DNA from: Candidatus Bipolaricaulia bacterium
GTDB lineage: Bacteria > Bipolaricaulota > Bipolaricaulia > JBHIAT01
Direction: 5' to 3'
DNA length: 14,615 bases
Assembly: GCA_046758705.1 (NCBI GenBank)
Contig: JBHIAT010000087.1
Span: forward strand, 1-14,615
The translations under genes were made by a program, and so were the position numbers. The notes below the pieces were generated by a model. The model saw nothing but the letters and a program-made list of their open reading frames with translations, was not told the origin of the DNA and made no database searches. The number at the start of each line of letters is the position of its first letter. Positions within the stretch are counted from its first letter, which is position 1. This document shows positions 14,393-14,615 of this stretch, piece by piece.

Positions 14393-14615
14393 TCCACATA
14401 GAGCGATACCCAAACGGGCCGCAAAGGAGGAAAAGCCATACCCCCTCTGTTCCCATGATACCCGATCTCAGCTATGAGTTAAAGCCTACAAACTTATTGT
14501 AGAAAGGGGGGAGGGCGTACCGAGACGATATGGACATGGACGTGGGCTAAGGTTCGTGTAGAACTCAGGACCGTCGCGACCGCGGGTCGATCCTGACGTT
14601 CCGATGAGTCCTTGT

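Noticed and set aside
14409..14437. c-di-GMP-I riboswitch resemblance (caaac...cgcaaag)
   Set aside because: It lacks the GNRA-capped stem and second hairpin in the required arrangement.

Overview
This is a bacterial window of moderately high GC. About 10 kb of carbohydrate/amino-sugar utilisation genes sit between two same-strand paralogous STAND/TPR regulator genes. The left copy (<1..1199) is the 3' end of a gene that starts before the window. The right copy (11238..14381) is a complete winged-helix/BTAD/NB-ARC-type ATPase/TPR protein of the AfsR/SARP type. The two align without indels at a constant 13182-nt offset. Their 120-nt TPR units vary strongly at helix-face positions and show out-of-register exchange between copies. 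The cargo is an alpha/beta-hydrolase, a GH4 NAD+-dependent glycosidase, a ROK repressor (promoter and 25-bp operator visible, zinc motif missing) overlapping a DegT/DnrJ/EryC1/StrS aminotransferase, a Tat-signal sugar-binding protein, two CUT1 permeases without an ATPase, and an opposite-strand endonuclease/exonuclease/phosphatase. I found no rRNA, tRNA, CRISPR array, transposase, integrase or reverse transcriptase. The best candidates for something new are (i) the repeat-diversifying STAND-TPR sensor pair and (ii) an uptake and catabolic route for an amino-sugar or aminocyclitol glycoside. Both are inferences from motifs and context; no database searches were run.
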